From NCBI GenBank assembly GCA_044356725.1, contig JBIKVS010000004.1, forward strand, positions 33,351 through 97,350: a stretch of 64,000 nucleotides of DNA. The letters are read 5' to 3'. This DNA is from Minisyncoccia bacterium (lineage in GTDB: Bacteria > Patescibacteriota > Minisyncoccia > SW-4-49-11). The position numbers and the translations under genes were made by a program. Under the pieces are notes generated by a model. The model searched no databases, was not told where the DNA came from, and saw only the letters and a program-made list of their open reading frames with translations. Shown one piece after another: positions 47,353 through 56,707 of the stretch; the first letter of the stretch is position 1, and each line of letters starts with the position of its first letter.

Positions 47353-47712
47353 ATGGACAAGGCTGTCCCTGTAGGACTGGGTACATTTTTACAAATAATA
47401 AAATGGCTACTTATTTGGTTTGTGCTTATAACAGTTTTAACAGTAGCTAGTATTGCGATAGAAGATAATTCAGAGTATGAGATCAGGAGAGTTGAAATAT
47501 ATGAACTTGTCATAAATGATAATATAATAGAACATCAAATACCTTTTCGAAGTAATTTAGACGCTCAAAATACTTGTCCCAATAAATATTATTTAGTCAA
47601 TTCGAATTCGCTATACATTGATCAAATAGTAGAGGAGCAAATGAGGATACCTTCATATTGTTTTATTTATTATCCTCACTATGATGGGGTATTGCTTATA
47701 CCAAGACAATAA
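47353..47712 (+). CDS. Orphan single-TM protein, probable distant paralog of 46315-46701
   Basis: Start at ATG 47353 after GGAG; terminator aagagcttc-gctta-gaagctctt followed by a T run. Confidence 0.65.
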   Translation: MDKAVPVGLGTFLQIIKWLLIWFVLITVLTVASIAIEDNSEYEIRRVEIYELVINDNIIEHQIPFRSNLDAQNTCPNKYYLVNSNSLYIDQIVEEQMRIPSYCFIYYPHYDGVLLIPRQ

Positions 47713-47792
47713 ATACAAGAGCTTCGCTTAGAAGCTCTTTTTTCTTTATAGAAATTTCCTACATTAATCTAACCTATGCTATAATAAACTAT

Positions 47793-50375
47793 ATGAGTAA
47801 AAAAATTGTTATTCTAGATAGTAATGCGGTGATTCATAGGGCTTATCATGCCTTACCTCCTTTTAGTACTGCTGATGGGGTGATGGTGAATGCGGTGTAT
47901 GGATATGCAAAACTGCTATTAAAAGTCATTAAAGACATTAAGCCAGACATTGTCTTGGCGGCCTTTGATGTTGCTGGAGATACCTTCCGGCATAATCAAT
48001 TTGAGGACTATAAGGCTAATAGAGTGGCTGCAGATCAGGATTTATATGACCAAATCCCATTAGTAAAAGAATTATTGCAGGCTATAGATATCCCAGTTTT
48101 AGAGCTGTCTGGCTATGAAGCTGATGATATTATAGGTACTGTTGCTGAGCAAACTCATAAAACTAGCAATGAATTAGTGATTGTGACTGGAGATATGGAT
48201 ACTATGCAATTAGTAAGACCAAGAATTTCGGTTTATACTTTGAGAAAAAGTATCAATGATACGGTGATTTTTGATACAGAGGCGGTTATTGCTAAATATC
48301 AGATTCATCCAAATCAAGTACGAGATTTTAAGGGTCTGAAAGGAGACCCTTCGGATAATATACCTGGAGTGCCTGGAATTGGAGATATGCGGGCAGTGAA
48401 TTTATTAAAAAGATTTGAGACTTTAGAGAATGTTTATGCTTTTGTCGATAAGTATGAGAAATTTGAGGATATAGATAAAGACAATAGAGAGGCATTTACT
48501 AAATCTATATTTGAGAACTTGAAGAATAATAAAGAACAGGCTTTTTTTAGTCGGGAATTGGCTACTATCATCATAGATGCTCCAATTGGGGAAGTAGTGA
48601 ATGATTCTATTGAATATTCTTTTCCAGTAGAGAAGGCTAAGGAAATTTTCAAACATTTTGAATTTTATTCTCTAGTAAAAGAGCTAAATACTCAATTAGA
48701 AAAGTTAAATAATCATAAAGCCCAGGCTAACTTTTTTTCTAGCTCCAATCAATCTAATTTGGAAGCTATGTCTCAAGGACAGCCTAGTAAATATCTGGAT
48801 CTGAATAAATTGACTAATTTACCTTTGGCAATTTTTACAACTCAAAATGAGTATTTGGTGATAGATTCCAAATCTCAAAAAGCTAAGATTACAAAATCTG
48901 AGTTAAAAGATTTACTGCAAACAGAGCAAATTTTAATCTGTGCAGATATTAAATCTATAATTCGTCAACTTTACCCTTTTGAAATTAAAGCTAAACTACA
49001 AGATGTAGTACTTATGGCTTATTTGATTAATCCTGGAGAAAGACAGTTGTCCTTGGAGTCTGTTTGTAATGCTTATGGGGTACAATATAACTCTACTCAA
49101 CCAGAATTATGTCTACATCAGATATATCAGGTGATTGTAGATAAGATGAAAACACTACATATTGAGGAGGTTTACAATACGATTGAGAGACCATTGTTGC
49201 CTGTATTAGCTAAAATGGAGGCTAAGGGGGTATTGTTCAATACTTCTAAGCTACAATCCACCAAAAACTTTGTAGAGGATAAAATTGCTAACTTGACTAG
49301 AGATATTTATGCACTGTCTGGAGAGGAATTTAATCTAAATTCACCTAAACAACTAGCTGATATCTTATTCAATAAATTGCAACTATCAGTAAAAGGGGTT
49401 AAAAAAACCAATGGAGGAAAGGTTTCTACCTCAGCTCAAGCACTAGAAGCTATGCGAGGTAAATTTGAAATTGTGGATCTTATTTTACAATATCGAGAAG
49501 TGGCTAAATTAAAGTCAACCTACATAGATAGCTTACCAACACTTATGGATGATAGGGGTAGAATACACACTACTTATCAGCAAAATATTGCAGCTACAGG
49601 ACGACTGTCCTCAGTTGATCCTAACTTACAAAATATCCCAGCTAGAAGTGAGCTTGGACGGCAAATTAAAAATTGTTTTGTAGCTCCTGAGGATTGGACA
49701 TTATTGATCTGTGATTATTCTCAAATTGAGTTGAGATTAGCCGCTCATCTGTCTCAAGATCAGGCAATGTTGGATATTTTTAGACAAGGTGTAGATTTTC
49801 ATTCTGCCACTGCTCAGCGAGTATATGGAGTAAAACCAGAAGAAGTCACGAAGGAAATGAGAAGTTTTGCTAAGACTATTAATTTTGGAATTTTATATGG
49901 TATGGGAGCTACTAGTCTAGCTCAAAATTTGAAAATAAAAAGAACCGAAGCTCAAGAATTTTTGGATAAATATCGCCAAGCCTATCCAGAGTTGCATCAA
50001 TATATGGAATCGCTAAAACAATTCTCACGCAAACACGGCTATGCTCAAACCGAATACGGACGAATTAGAGACTTATCTAATATAGATATAAGAAACCCTA
50101 GAAACCAGGCTCTTTTGGATAGAATTGCTGTCAATATGCCAATACAAGGCTTACAGGCAGATATAATAAAATTGGCAATGATTCAGATTGATGAATATTT
50201 AGCTGACAGAGACGATATTCATATGATTTTACAAGTCCATGATGAATTGGTTTTTGAAGTCAAAACTGACAAAGCAGAAATTTACAAAGATAAAATTCTC
50301 AAGATTATGGAATCAGTATACAAAGCTACTATCCCAATCAAAGTAGAGGCAGTAATTAAAGATTTTTGGGGTTAA
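47793..50375 (+). CDS. polA: DNA polymerase I
   Basis: 5'-3' exonuclease motifs (YEADD, GDPSDNIPGVPGIG), TGRLSS.DPNLQNIP, DYSQIELR, AKTINFG..YG, LQVHDEL. Confidence 0.97.
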   Translation: MSKKIVILDSNAVIHRAYHALPPFSTADGVMVNAVYGYAKLLLKVIKDIKPDIVLAAFDVAGDTFRHNQFEDYKANRVAADQDLYDQIPLVKELLQAIDIPVLELSGYEADDIIGTVAEQTHKTSNELVIVTGDMDTMQLVRPRISVYTLRKSINDTVIFDTEAVIAKYQIHPNQVRDFKGLKGDPSDNIPGVPGIGDMRAVNLLKRFETLENVYAFVDKYEKFEDIDKDNREAFTKSIFENLKNNKEQAFFSRELATIIIDAPIGEVVNDSIEYSFPVEKAKEIFKHFEFYSLVKELNTQLEKLNNHKAQANFFSSSNQSNLEAMSQGQPSKYLDLNKLTNLPLAIFTTQNEYLVIDSKSQKAKITKSELKDLLQTEQILICADIKSIIRQLYPFEIKAKLQDVVLMAYLINPGERQLSLESVCNAYGVQYNSTQPELCLHQIYQVIVDKMKTLHIEEVYNTIERPLLPVLAKMEAKGVLFNTSKLQSTKNFVEDKIANLTRDIYALSGEEFNLNSPKQLADILFNKLQLSVKGVKKTNGGKVSTSAQALEAMRGKFEIVDLILQYREVAKLKSTYIDSLPTLMDDRGRIHTTYQQNIAATGRLSSVDPNLQNIPARSELGRQIKNCFVAPEDWTLLICDYSQIELRLAAHLSQDQAMLDIFRQGVDFHSATAQRVYGVKPEEVTKEMRSFAKTINFGILYGMGATSLAQNLKIKRTEAQEFLDKYRQAYPELHQYMESLKQFSRKHGYAQTEYGRIRDLSNIDIRNPRNQALLDRIAVNMPIQGLQADIIKLAMIQIDEYLADRDDIHMILQVHDELVFEVKTDKAEIYKDKILKIMESVYKATIPIKVEAVIKDFWG

Positions 50376-50938
50376 TTAGTAACTTTTTCCTCATAAATAC
50401 CAGTCTCGGTATTGATACGGATTTTATCTCCTTGATTGATAAACATAGGAACTTTGACCTCAACTCCAGTTTCAACTTTGACCATTTTCATAGCAGCATC
50501 CACGGTATTACCTTTAATAGCAGGAACTGCTTCAGTCACTTCAAGTACTACTTTAGGAGGTAGATTAATAGTAATCGGGTCTCCATTATAGGTCACAATT
50601 TTGACCTTAGCTCCTTCTTGTAAATATCCAACTGTATTCTCACCTAAAGTGTCTAAATCAAAATCATATTGCTCGAAAGTCTTCTCATCCATAAAATGAT
50701 ATTGCTCACCATCAGTATACAAATATTCAGCATAGGTCTCAGCAATATCCGCCTCAGGGAATATATCTGATTGCTTGAAATTCCGCTCTTGAGTATTATT
50801 AGTAATAAGATTTCGCATTTTAACAGTTAAGACTGACCCCGCCCGTCCTTTTTTGGATAATTGACTGAATAAAACTAAATAGGGATTATCATCCACTACA
50901 ATAATTTTACCTTTTTTAATATCAGAAATTGAAAGCAT
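50372..50938 (-). CDS. efp: Elongation factor P
   Basis: YLY.DG..YHFMD..TFEQ, LP.KV.L.V, KGNT, ETG..V.VP.FI..GD.I.INT..G.Y. Confidence 0.93.
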   Translation of the reverse strand: MLSISDIKKGKIIVVDDNPYLVLFSQLSKKGRAGSVLTVKMRNLITNNTQERNFKQSDIFPEADIAETYAEYLYTDGEQYHFMDEKTFEQYDFDLDTLGENTVGYLQEGAKVKIVTYNGDPITINLPPKVVLEVTEAVPAIKGNTVDAAMKMVKVETGVEVKVPMFINQGDKIRINTETGIYEEKVTN

Positions 50939-51091
50939 AATATGATTATTTAAATAACCTTAATATTATATTGGATTTTAGCCTAAAATGCAATTAAAGG
51001 GAGTTATAAGTTATGAATGGAGAGTTATGGATTATATTAAAATAAGTAATCATACTTGAAAGTAAATTTCTTTTCAGATATAATTTTGTAT

Positions 51092-51694
51092 ATGAAAAGA
51101 ATATGTATATTTGGAGCAAGTATAACTTGGGGAGCTTTTGATAAAAAAGGTGGTGGTTGGATACACAGATTAAACAGTAATTTTATAAATAAAAAAACTG
51201 ATATTCAAATTTATAATCTTGGAGTACCAGGCAATAATACAAATGATTTATTAAAAAGATTTGATAATGAGTGTTCTGCTAGAAAACCAGATTTAATAAT
51301 TTTTGGTTTGGGAGGAAATGATGCTAGTTACATAGATACTGAAAATAATATGGTGGTAAGCATAGATCAATTTAAAAATAATATTTTAAAATTAATACAA
51401 CAAGGCAAATATTTTACAGATAAAATATTGTTTTTGGGATTAACAAAGGTAAATGAATCAAAAACTATGCCTTCATTTCGTAATAAGCGAAAATTTATTT
51501 CTAATAAAAATATAGCTAAATATGACTCAATTATAAATACAACTTGCAATGAAATGGGAATTTTATTCCTGCCCATGATAGATTTATTAGATATTGATGA
51601 TTTGAGTAATGATGGAAGGCATCCTAATGATAATGGTTATCAAAAAATTTCTAATTGTGTCAGAGATTACTTATACAAAAATAATCTAATATAA
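51092..51694 (+). CDS. SGNH/GDSL hydrolase
   Basis: IFGASITWG, YNLGVPG, GGND, DGRHPN..G. Confidence 0.9.
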   Translation: MKRICIFGASITWGAFDKKGGGWIHRLNSNFINKKTDIQIYNLGVPGNNTNDLLKRFDNECSARKPDLIIFGLGGNDASYIDTENNMVVSIDQFKNNILKLIQQGKYFTDKILFLGLTKVNESKTMPSFRNKRKFISNKNIAKYDSIINTTCNEMGILFLPMIDLLDIDDLSNDGRHPNDNGYQKISNCVRDYLYKNNLI

Positions 51695-51695
51695 C

Positions 51696-52130
51696 TTATT
51701 TTTTCCACTTCTTCATTACAAATTTATAGTATTTGTATATCCATATCCCATATAATATTGTAAGAACAATATAAAATAATCTTAAATATATCCAATATTG
51801 AGGGTCAAAATTTTCGCGGAACACCAATCCAAAAGGATACCAGTATTCTCGGTCTAGATAGGTTCTAGCAAGATAGTTTTGAATAGAAGTGATTAGACAT
51901 CCTCCAAATACACTTTGAGAAATAGATATACTAAAGGTAAAAAACAAAATAAATAGTTTACTATATATAATAGCTTTACCATACTTAAATTTAGGAATAA
52001 TATCTCTTTTAGGGAATAGATTATTCTCGAGCAGTATATACAAAGCAATAAACCAAAATATAATCCAATAATTAGGATTATGAATTATATCTATCCATTG
52101 ATTAATAAGTAGAGCTGTTTGGCTACTCAT
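51696..52130 (-). CDS. Membrane protein (DUF2784-like)
   Basis: TM segments with GGCLITSIQNYL, resembling CPLT.LE..L. Confidence 0.5.
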   Translation of the reverse strand: MSSQTALLINQWIDIIHNPNYWIIFWFIALYILLENNLFPKRDIIPKFKYGKAIIYSKLFILFFTFSISISQSVFGGCLITSIQNYLARTYLDREYWYPFGLVFRENFDPQYWIYLRLFYIVLTILYGIWIYKYYKFVMKKWKK

Positions 52131-52218
52131 AACATATTATAAACCTACTATAAATACTAGTATTATAGCACTTTTGGCGGATTTTTGTAGGGGAATAATT
52201 GTGGGATATTGCCCTTCG

Positions 52219-52318
52219 TCCACCCTCCCCCTTTGGGGACTCCCTCCAAAGGGAGACATTTTAGGACAATGAATTTTTGTCCCCCTTCGGAGGGGGAAGC
52301 CCGCGGGGCGGGGGTGGA
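52219..52318. repeat. Divergent pair of two-hairpin REP-like repeats
   Basis: 52219-52258 (-) and 52278-52318 (+). Confidence 0.8.
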
Positions 52319-52416
52319 TAACTTAATAACAAAGGTAGGACAGAAAACAAGAGTAATAGTAGTAATATTCTCAGTATAAAGAGAAAAGACCAGCCTCAAG
52401 GTGAGGCGGTCTGTGG

Positions 52417-52641
52417 TTAGTCGAGGAAGCTTTTTCTTGCAGATCTAGCATTATTTGCAATTGCTTTTGCCGCAATCACTATGATGCTCTCTGTCGAGCT
52501 TCCTCCAACTACTTTAGGCTCTTGATTGTTAGAATTAAATTGTCCGAGTTTCTCCTCTCTCAGAATTTGATTCCATTTTTCAGGTTTGGTTATTTGACGC
52601 CATATTTCTAGATCAACTAGGTCTATTCCTAGTCCTGGCAT
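52417..52641 (-). CDS. Orphan small protein with AcpS-like N-terminal motif
   Basis: MPGLGIDLVDL; followed by hairpin gaccgcctca-cct-tgaggctggtc and a T run. Confidence 0.5.
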   Translation of the reverse strand: MPGLGIDLVDLEIWRQITKPEKWNQILREEKLGQFNSNNQEPKVVGGSSTESIIVIAAKAIANNARSARKSFLD

Positions 52642-52738
52642 TTTCTTCTCCAAAAAACAACTTTAAAATATTATCATAATTCTAAATCTCAATCAATATG
52701 TTATAATAAAAACATCTTAGAAATTAATTAATAGAAGG

Positions 52739-53923
52739 ATGAAACATTATAATTATATTATTATTGGAGCGGGAATTGCAGGGACTAATGGGGCGATGGC
52801 TATTCGTAAGGAGTCTCCAGAATCTAGTATTGTCTTGATTGGGGAGGAGAATTATCCTGTTTATTCTCGGGTTAATATTAGCAAGATTGTCTCTAATGCC
52901 AAGCAACCACAAGAGTTATTATTAAAAACTGAAGAACAATTTCAACAACAGAGTATTGATAGAATTATTGCAAGAGTGACTAGTCTTAATAAAGATGAAA
53001 AAAGTATAACTTTAGATAATGGTGAAGTCTTGGGATATGATAAGGTTCTGATTGCAACTGGTGGAAGGGCTAGAACTTTGACACAGGCTGGAGCGGGTTC
53101 ACAGGGAGTTTTTTCCTTTCAAACTTTAGATGATGCAATTGAGGTGAGAGACTATATCCAAGACAAGGAGAAGATTACTATTGTAGGAGGAGGATTTATT
53201 GGGATTGAATTTGTAGAGTTATTATCTAATCTCGGTAAACAAGTTACTCTAATTCTTCGGGATGACTGGTATTGGCAAGGTATGATTGACCAAATTGGAG
53301 GTAATATCTTGAATGAATATTTGTCCAAAAGAGCCAAAATTTACTATGAAAGTGAAATTAAGGAAATCCGTGGGAATCAGATGGGGCAGATTGCTGAGAT
53401 TGAGCTGACTTCTGGTGAGATTATTCCAACTGAGGCTATGTGTGTAGGTATTGGTTTGGAATTAAATAAAGACTTTTTGCCCACGGAGCTTTGTAATCGT
53501 GGACTGAAGGTTAATCAGTATTTACAAAGTGAGGATGAGAATATCTTTGGAGCGGGAGATATGGTGGAGTACTATGATATTATCCAAGAGCAATATTCTG
53601 GTTCTGGTACTTGGGCTCAGGCTTCTCTACAAGGTATGATAGCGGGGTATAATATGGTGCATTCTGAGGTGATGAAGGAGTTTAGTCTGATTCCAGCTTA
53701 CTGCCCCAAGACTAGTTTAGCGATTGCTTTTGTAGGACAATGTAGAGTTAATCCTGAGACTATGCAGTCAGTAGTCATAGAACAAGGGGAGCGATATGTG
53801 CAAGTCAATACTAATTCTAAGGGAGAGATTGTAGGGGGTGTGGTAATAGGCGAGTCAGCTTATATGGCTACTATTAGGAAATGGATAGTGGATAAGTTAA
53901 AGCTAGAAGATATTATTAAATAG
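52739..53923 (+). CDS. NAD(P)/FAD-dependent oxidoreductase (rubredoxin/ferredoxin reductase-like)
   Basis: IIGAGIAG, YSR, YDKVLIATG, IVGGGFIG.E, IFGAGD. Confidence 0.9.
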   Translation: MKHYNYIIIGAGIAGTNGAMAIRKESPESSIVLIGEENYPVYSRVNISKIVSNAKQPQELLLKTEEQFQQQSIDRIIARVTSLNKDEKSITLDNGEVLGYDKVLIATGGRARTLTQAGAGSQGVFSFQTLDDAIEVRDYIQDKEKITIVGGGFIGIEFVELLSNLGKQVTLILRDDWYWQGMIDQIGGNILNEYLSKRAKIYYESEIKEIRGNQMGQIAEIELTSGEIIPTEAMCVGIGLELNKDFLPTELCNRGLKVNQYLQSEDENIFGAGDMVEYYDIIQEQYSGSGTWAQASLQGMIAGYNMVHSEVMKEFSLIPAYCPKTSLAIAFVGQCRVNPETMQSVVIEQGERYVQVNTNSKGEIVGGVVIGESAYMATIRKWIVDKLKLEDIIK

Positions 53924-54016
53924 ACATAACTTTTGTCATAAATTAACAAAAGTTAACAAGACTTGACAAAATTATTAAAAAGGTATAGATTAAATTTGCC
54001 TCCATTTTTCTGTGGA

Positions 54017-54181
54017 ATGCCTTCAAATCGTCGTCACAAGATTAATCGCAAGGTCAGAAAAGCAATAACATATTGGGGTCTTAGTCAAAGATCCTGTGAA
54101 AATCGTATTTTTCAAAGAGCCAGAAGCTGGCCTCAACCAAGAACAGGAAAATTAATTATTGATATGCCTGAGTCCACATAG
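54017..54181 (+). CDS. Small basic orphan protein (54 aa)
   Basis: TTGACA-17-TAGATT promoter at 53963; hairpin agcctccga-caa-tcggaggct downstream. Confidence 0.5.
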   Translation: MPSNRRHKINRKVRKAITYWGLSQRSCENRIFQRARSWPQPRTGKLIIDMPEST

Positions 54182-54299
54182 CTCAATACAACAACTGAAT
54201 ACCCTCCCCTTCCACTCAGCCTCCGACAATCGGAGGCTTTGTAAATTTTATAGGTATTAATTTTCCCTCTGAGTTGGTGGGAGTGGATAAGAAGTCATG

Positions 54300-54339
54300 T
54301 CCACCCTCCCCCTACGGGTACTCCCTCCGAAGGGAGACA
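54300..54339 (-). repeat. Two-hairpin REP-like repeat
   Basis: Near-identical to 52219-52258 and to the flanks of 27395-27541. Confidence 0.75.
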
Positions 54340-54449
54340 GAATATAAGATCCACCTCCTCCAACTACCTATGGAAGTTAAAAAGGAGGGCGGTTAGGTCA
54401 ATGATATGTTATAATAAATAAATATATACATATTTAATAATAAAACTTT

Positions 54450-56030
54450 GTGACGGGCAAGCAATTAGATACTTATTTTGAGGATATTATTAGGGAGCGT
54501 GGGGAGCGGGCTTTATATAGTATTCAGGTTTTCTTGGCTCATACTAAACCATCATATAGACAGGCTGCTCTGCGGGCTTTGATTAATTTCGAATGGTCTC
54601 GAGTGGGGGATTTAATTTTACCCTTATTGCAAGATTCGTCCTTATTGGTAAAAAAAGAAGCGATTAGAACTTTATCTCATTTTCCAGAGGGTAGGGATTA
54701 TTTGGTGCAAAATAAAAATGGTATTCCTGAATCTTTGGTTCAATATGCTGATATTAAAATTAAAACTCCAAGTCTTGCCTCTGAGGTCTTGAGTGTTTCA
54801 GCTTTTATTCAACAAATCAACTCTATTATTGGAGAGCAAACTGTACAAATTGAGGGAGAGGTATCAGCTTTTCAAATGTCTAGTTTTGCCAATAATCAAT
54901 GGGTGTTTTTTGACCTTAAAGATGAACAAAAAGAAGCTAAAATTAGATGTTTTACGACTGTAGCTAATTTAAGAAAGTCTAGAATTTCACCTGTAGATGG
55001 TATGAGAATTATTGTCACTGGTAAGTCTCGTCTCTCTCCTAAATCTGGTATTTTTAGTGTAATGGTAGATACTTTGGCTGTCTCAGGGGAGGGTGAATTA
55101 GCTAAGGCTTTTGAGCTATTGAAACAAAAGTTAGAGTTAGAAGGATTATTTAATGAAACTAGAAAGCGAGCGATTCCTGATATGCCACAAAAAATTGGGG
55201 TTATCACCTCTCAAGATGCGGCGGCTTATAAAGATTTTATGAAAGTTTTAGGTGCTAGGATGGGGGACTTAGAGTTATATTTTCATCATGCTCAGGTACA
55301 AGGTGAGCGAGCGGTGGATAGTATAATTAATGCTATTGATAATCTTAACTCTTACCCAGAAATTGAGGTAATTGTATTAACTAGAGGTGGTGGAGCTATG
55401 GATGACTTGCATGCATTCAATGATGAAACTGTGGCTAGAGCTATCTATAACTCGGCTAAACCTATTATTTCTGCGATTGGACATGAGCGAGATTTCACAA
55501 TTGTAGATTTTGTGGCTGATATGAGAGCTTCTACTCCGTCTAATGCGGCAGAACTATTAACTCCACATCGAGATGAATTACTGGCTAGTGTTACTCAAAA
55601 GGAAAGAATTATACAAAGCAGTATTCAATATCAGCTGCAGACATTAATCTCTCAAATAGATCAAAATTTACATACATTAGAAAGATATATTCGTCGTACT
55701 TCAGACCAAGTGAAAATGGGTATTCAAAAATTAGAATACTTGACTTTTCAGAAATTGAGTGAAATTCAACAATATCAACATCAAGTTGGGAATAATGTAA
55801 ATCAGTTAGAAACTTTAATCTCGAACAATTTATCTCAATTTAAAAATAAATTAGCTTTATTACAATCTAAATTGGCGGCCTTTGACCCACAGTCTATTTT
55901 ACAAAAAGGCTATAGTATTACTAAAATTTATGATAAAATTATAACAGACAGTAAGCAGCTCAAGGAAGGAGATATACTTACAACTCAATTTCATAATGGT
56001 CAAATCAATAGCATAGTCACTAAAAAATAA
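54450..56030 (+). CDS. xseA: Exodeoxyribonuclease VII large subunit with N-terminal HEAT-like extension
   Basis: VLSVS, GEVS, FF.LKD, IGVITS..AA..D, VQG, RGGG..DL.AFNDE, SAIGHE.D, ASTPSNAAE, L.KGYSI. Confidence 0.93.
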   Translation: MTGKQLDTYFEDIIRERGERALYSIQVFLAHTKPSYRQAALRALINFEWSRVGDLILPLLQDSSLLVKKEAIRTLSHFPEGRDYLVQNKNGIPESLVQYADIKIKTPSLASEVLSVSAFIQQINSIIGEQTVQIEGEVSAFQMSSFANNQWVFFDLKDEQKEAKIRCFTTVANLRKSRISPVDGMRIIVTGKSRLSPKSGIFSVMVDTLAVSGEGELAKAFELLKQKLELEGLFNETRKRAIPDMPQKIGVITSQDAAAYKDFMKVLGARMGDLELYFHHAQVQGERAVDSIINAIDNLNSYPEIEVIVLTRGGGAMDDLHAFNDETVARAIYNSAKPIISAIGHERDFTIVDFVADMRASTPSNAAELLTPHRDELLASVTQKERIIQSSIQYQLQTLISQIDQNLHTLERYIRRTSDQVKMGIQKLEYLTFQKLSEIQQYQHQVGNNVNQLETLISNNLSQFKNKLALLQSKLAAFDPQSILQKGYSITKIYDKIITDSKQLKEGDILTTQFHNGQINSIVTKK

Positions 56031-56031
56031 T

Positions 56032-56325
56032 ATGCGAATAAATACAGTCTTACAAAAAAAATATCCGGTTAGTTCGGATATGTATAATAAAGTTGAAAGC
56101 ACTAAGGTTTGTATGTTGTATAATGAATTGGTGCAGACTTCTTTGGTAGATTTAAAAGCCTCAGAAGCAGTATCTATTCAAAATGGCTCTCTGGCAATAG
56201 TGGTTAATTCTAACTATGAAGCCCAAAAAATAAAACTATATGAATTTGATATTATTCAAAGTTTAAATCAAGCGATTGATACTTTACAATTTCAAGTACA
56301 AAGATTACAAATTAGAATCAGATGA
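56032..56325 (+). CDS. DUF721/DciA-like protein
   Basis: A.SI.NG.L.I.V.S...AQ.I.L....II..LN...V..L.I pattern. Confidence 0.6.
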   Translation: MRINTVLQKKYPVSSDMYNKVESTKVCMLYNELVQTSLVDLKASEAVSIQNGSLAIVVNSNYEAQKIKLYEFDIIQSLNQAIDTLQFQVQRLQIRIR

Positions 56326-56705
56326 AACAATTAATTAAATTGAAAAAAAATTTTATTCTACCAAGTGCTTATCTAGGTTTAATTATTACTTTCTGTATAG
56401 GAATGTTATTACTCATATTCAGAATACAGACACAGTACGCGGATACTTTGATTAATTTAAGAGCAACTTTTTATGATGGAGTGACTGTCATAGGATCTCC
56501 TAATAATGTTTGGCAATATTTGATTTATGCTATTGTTTTTAGTGTGTTGAATGGATTTGCAATCTGGTATATTAAAAAAAGGTTTACTAAATCAGAAATT
56601 CAAGATATAATAGTTTACTGGATATTTGGTTCTAGTGCGTTAACTTTAAGTTTATTAGTCTATTATTTATTTTTAGTTTTGGATATAAATAATATTGGTA
56701 GTTAA
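56322..56705 (+). CDS. Hypothetical membrane protein
   Basis: Three hydrophobic segments; operonic position. Confidence 0.7.
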   Translation: MKQLIKLKKNFILPSAYLGLIITFCIGMLLLIFRIQTQYADTLINLRATFYDGVTVIGSPNNVWQYLIYAIVFSVLNGFAIWYIKKRFTKSEIQDIIVYWIFGSSALTLSLLVYYLFLVLDINNIGS

Positions 56706-56707
56706 TT

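Noticed and set aside
52163-52399. 78-aa ORF
   Set aside because: Translation of the REP pair and a terminator.
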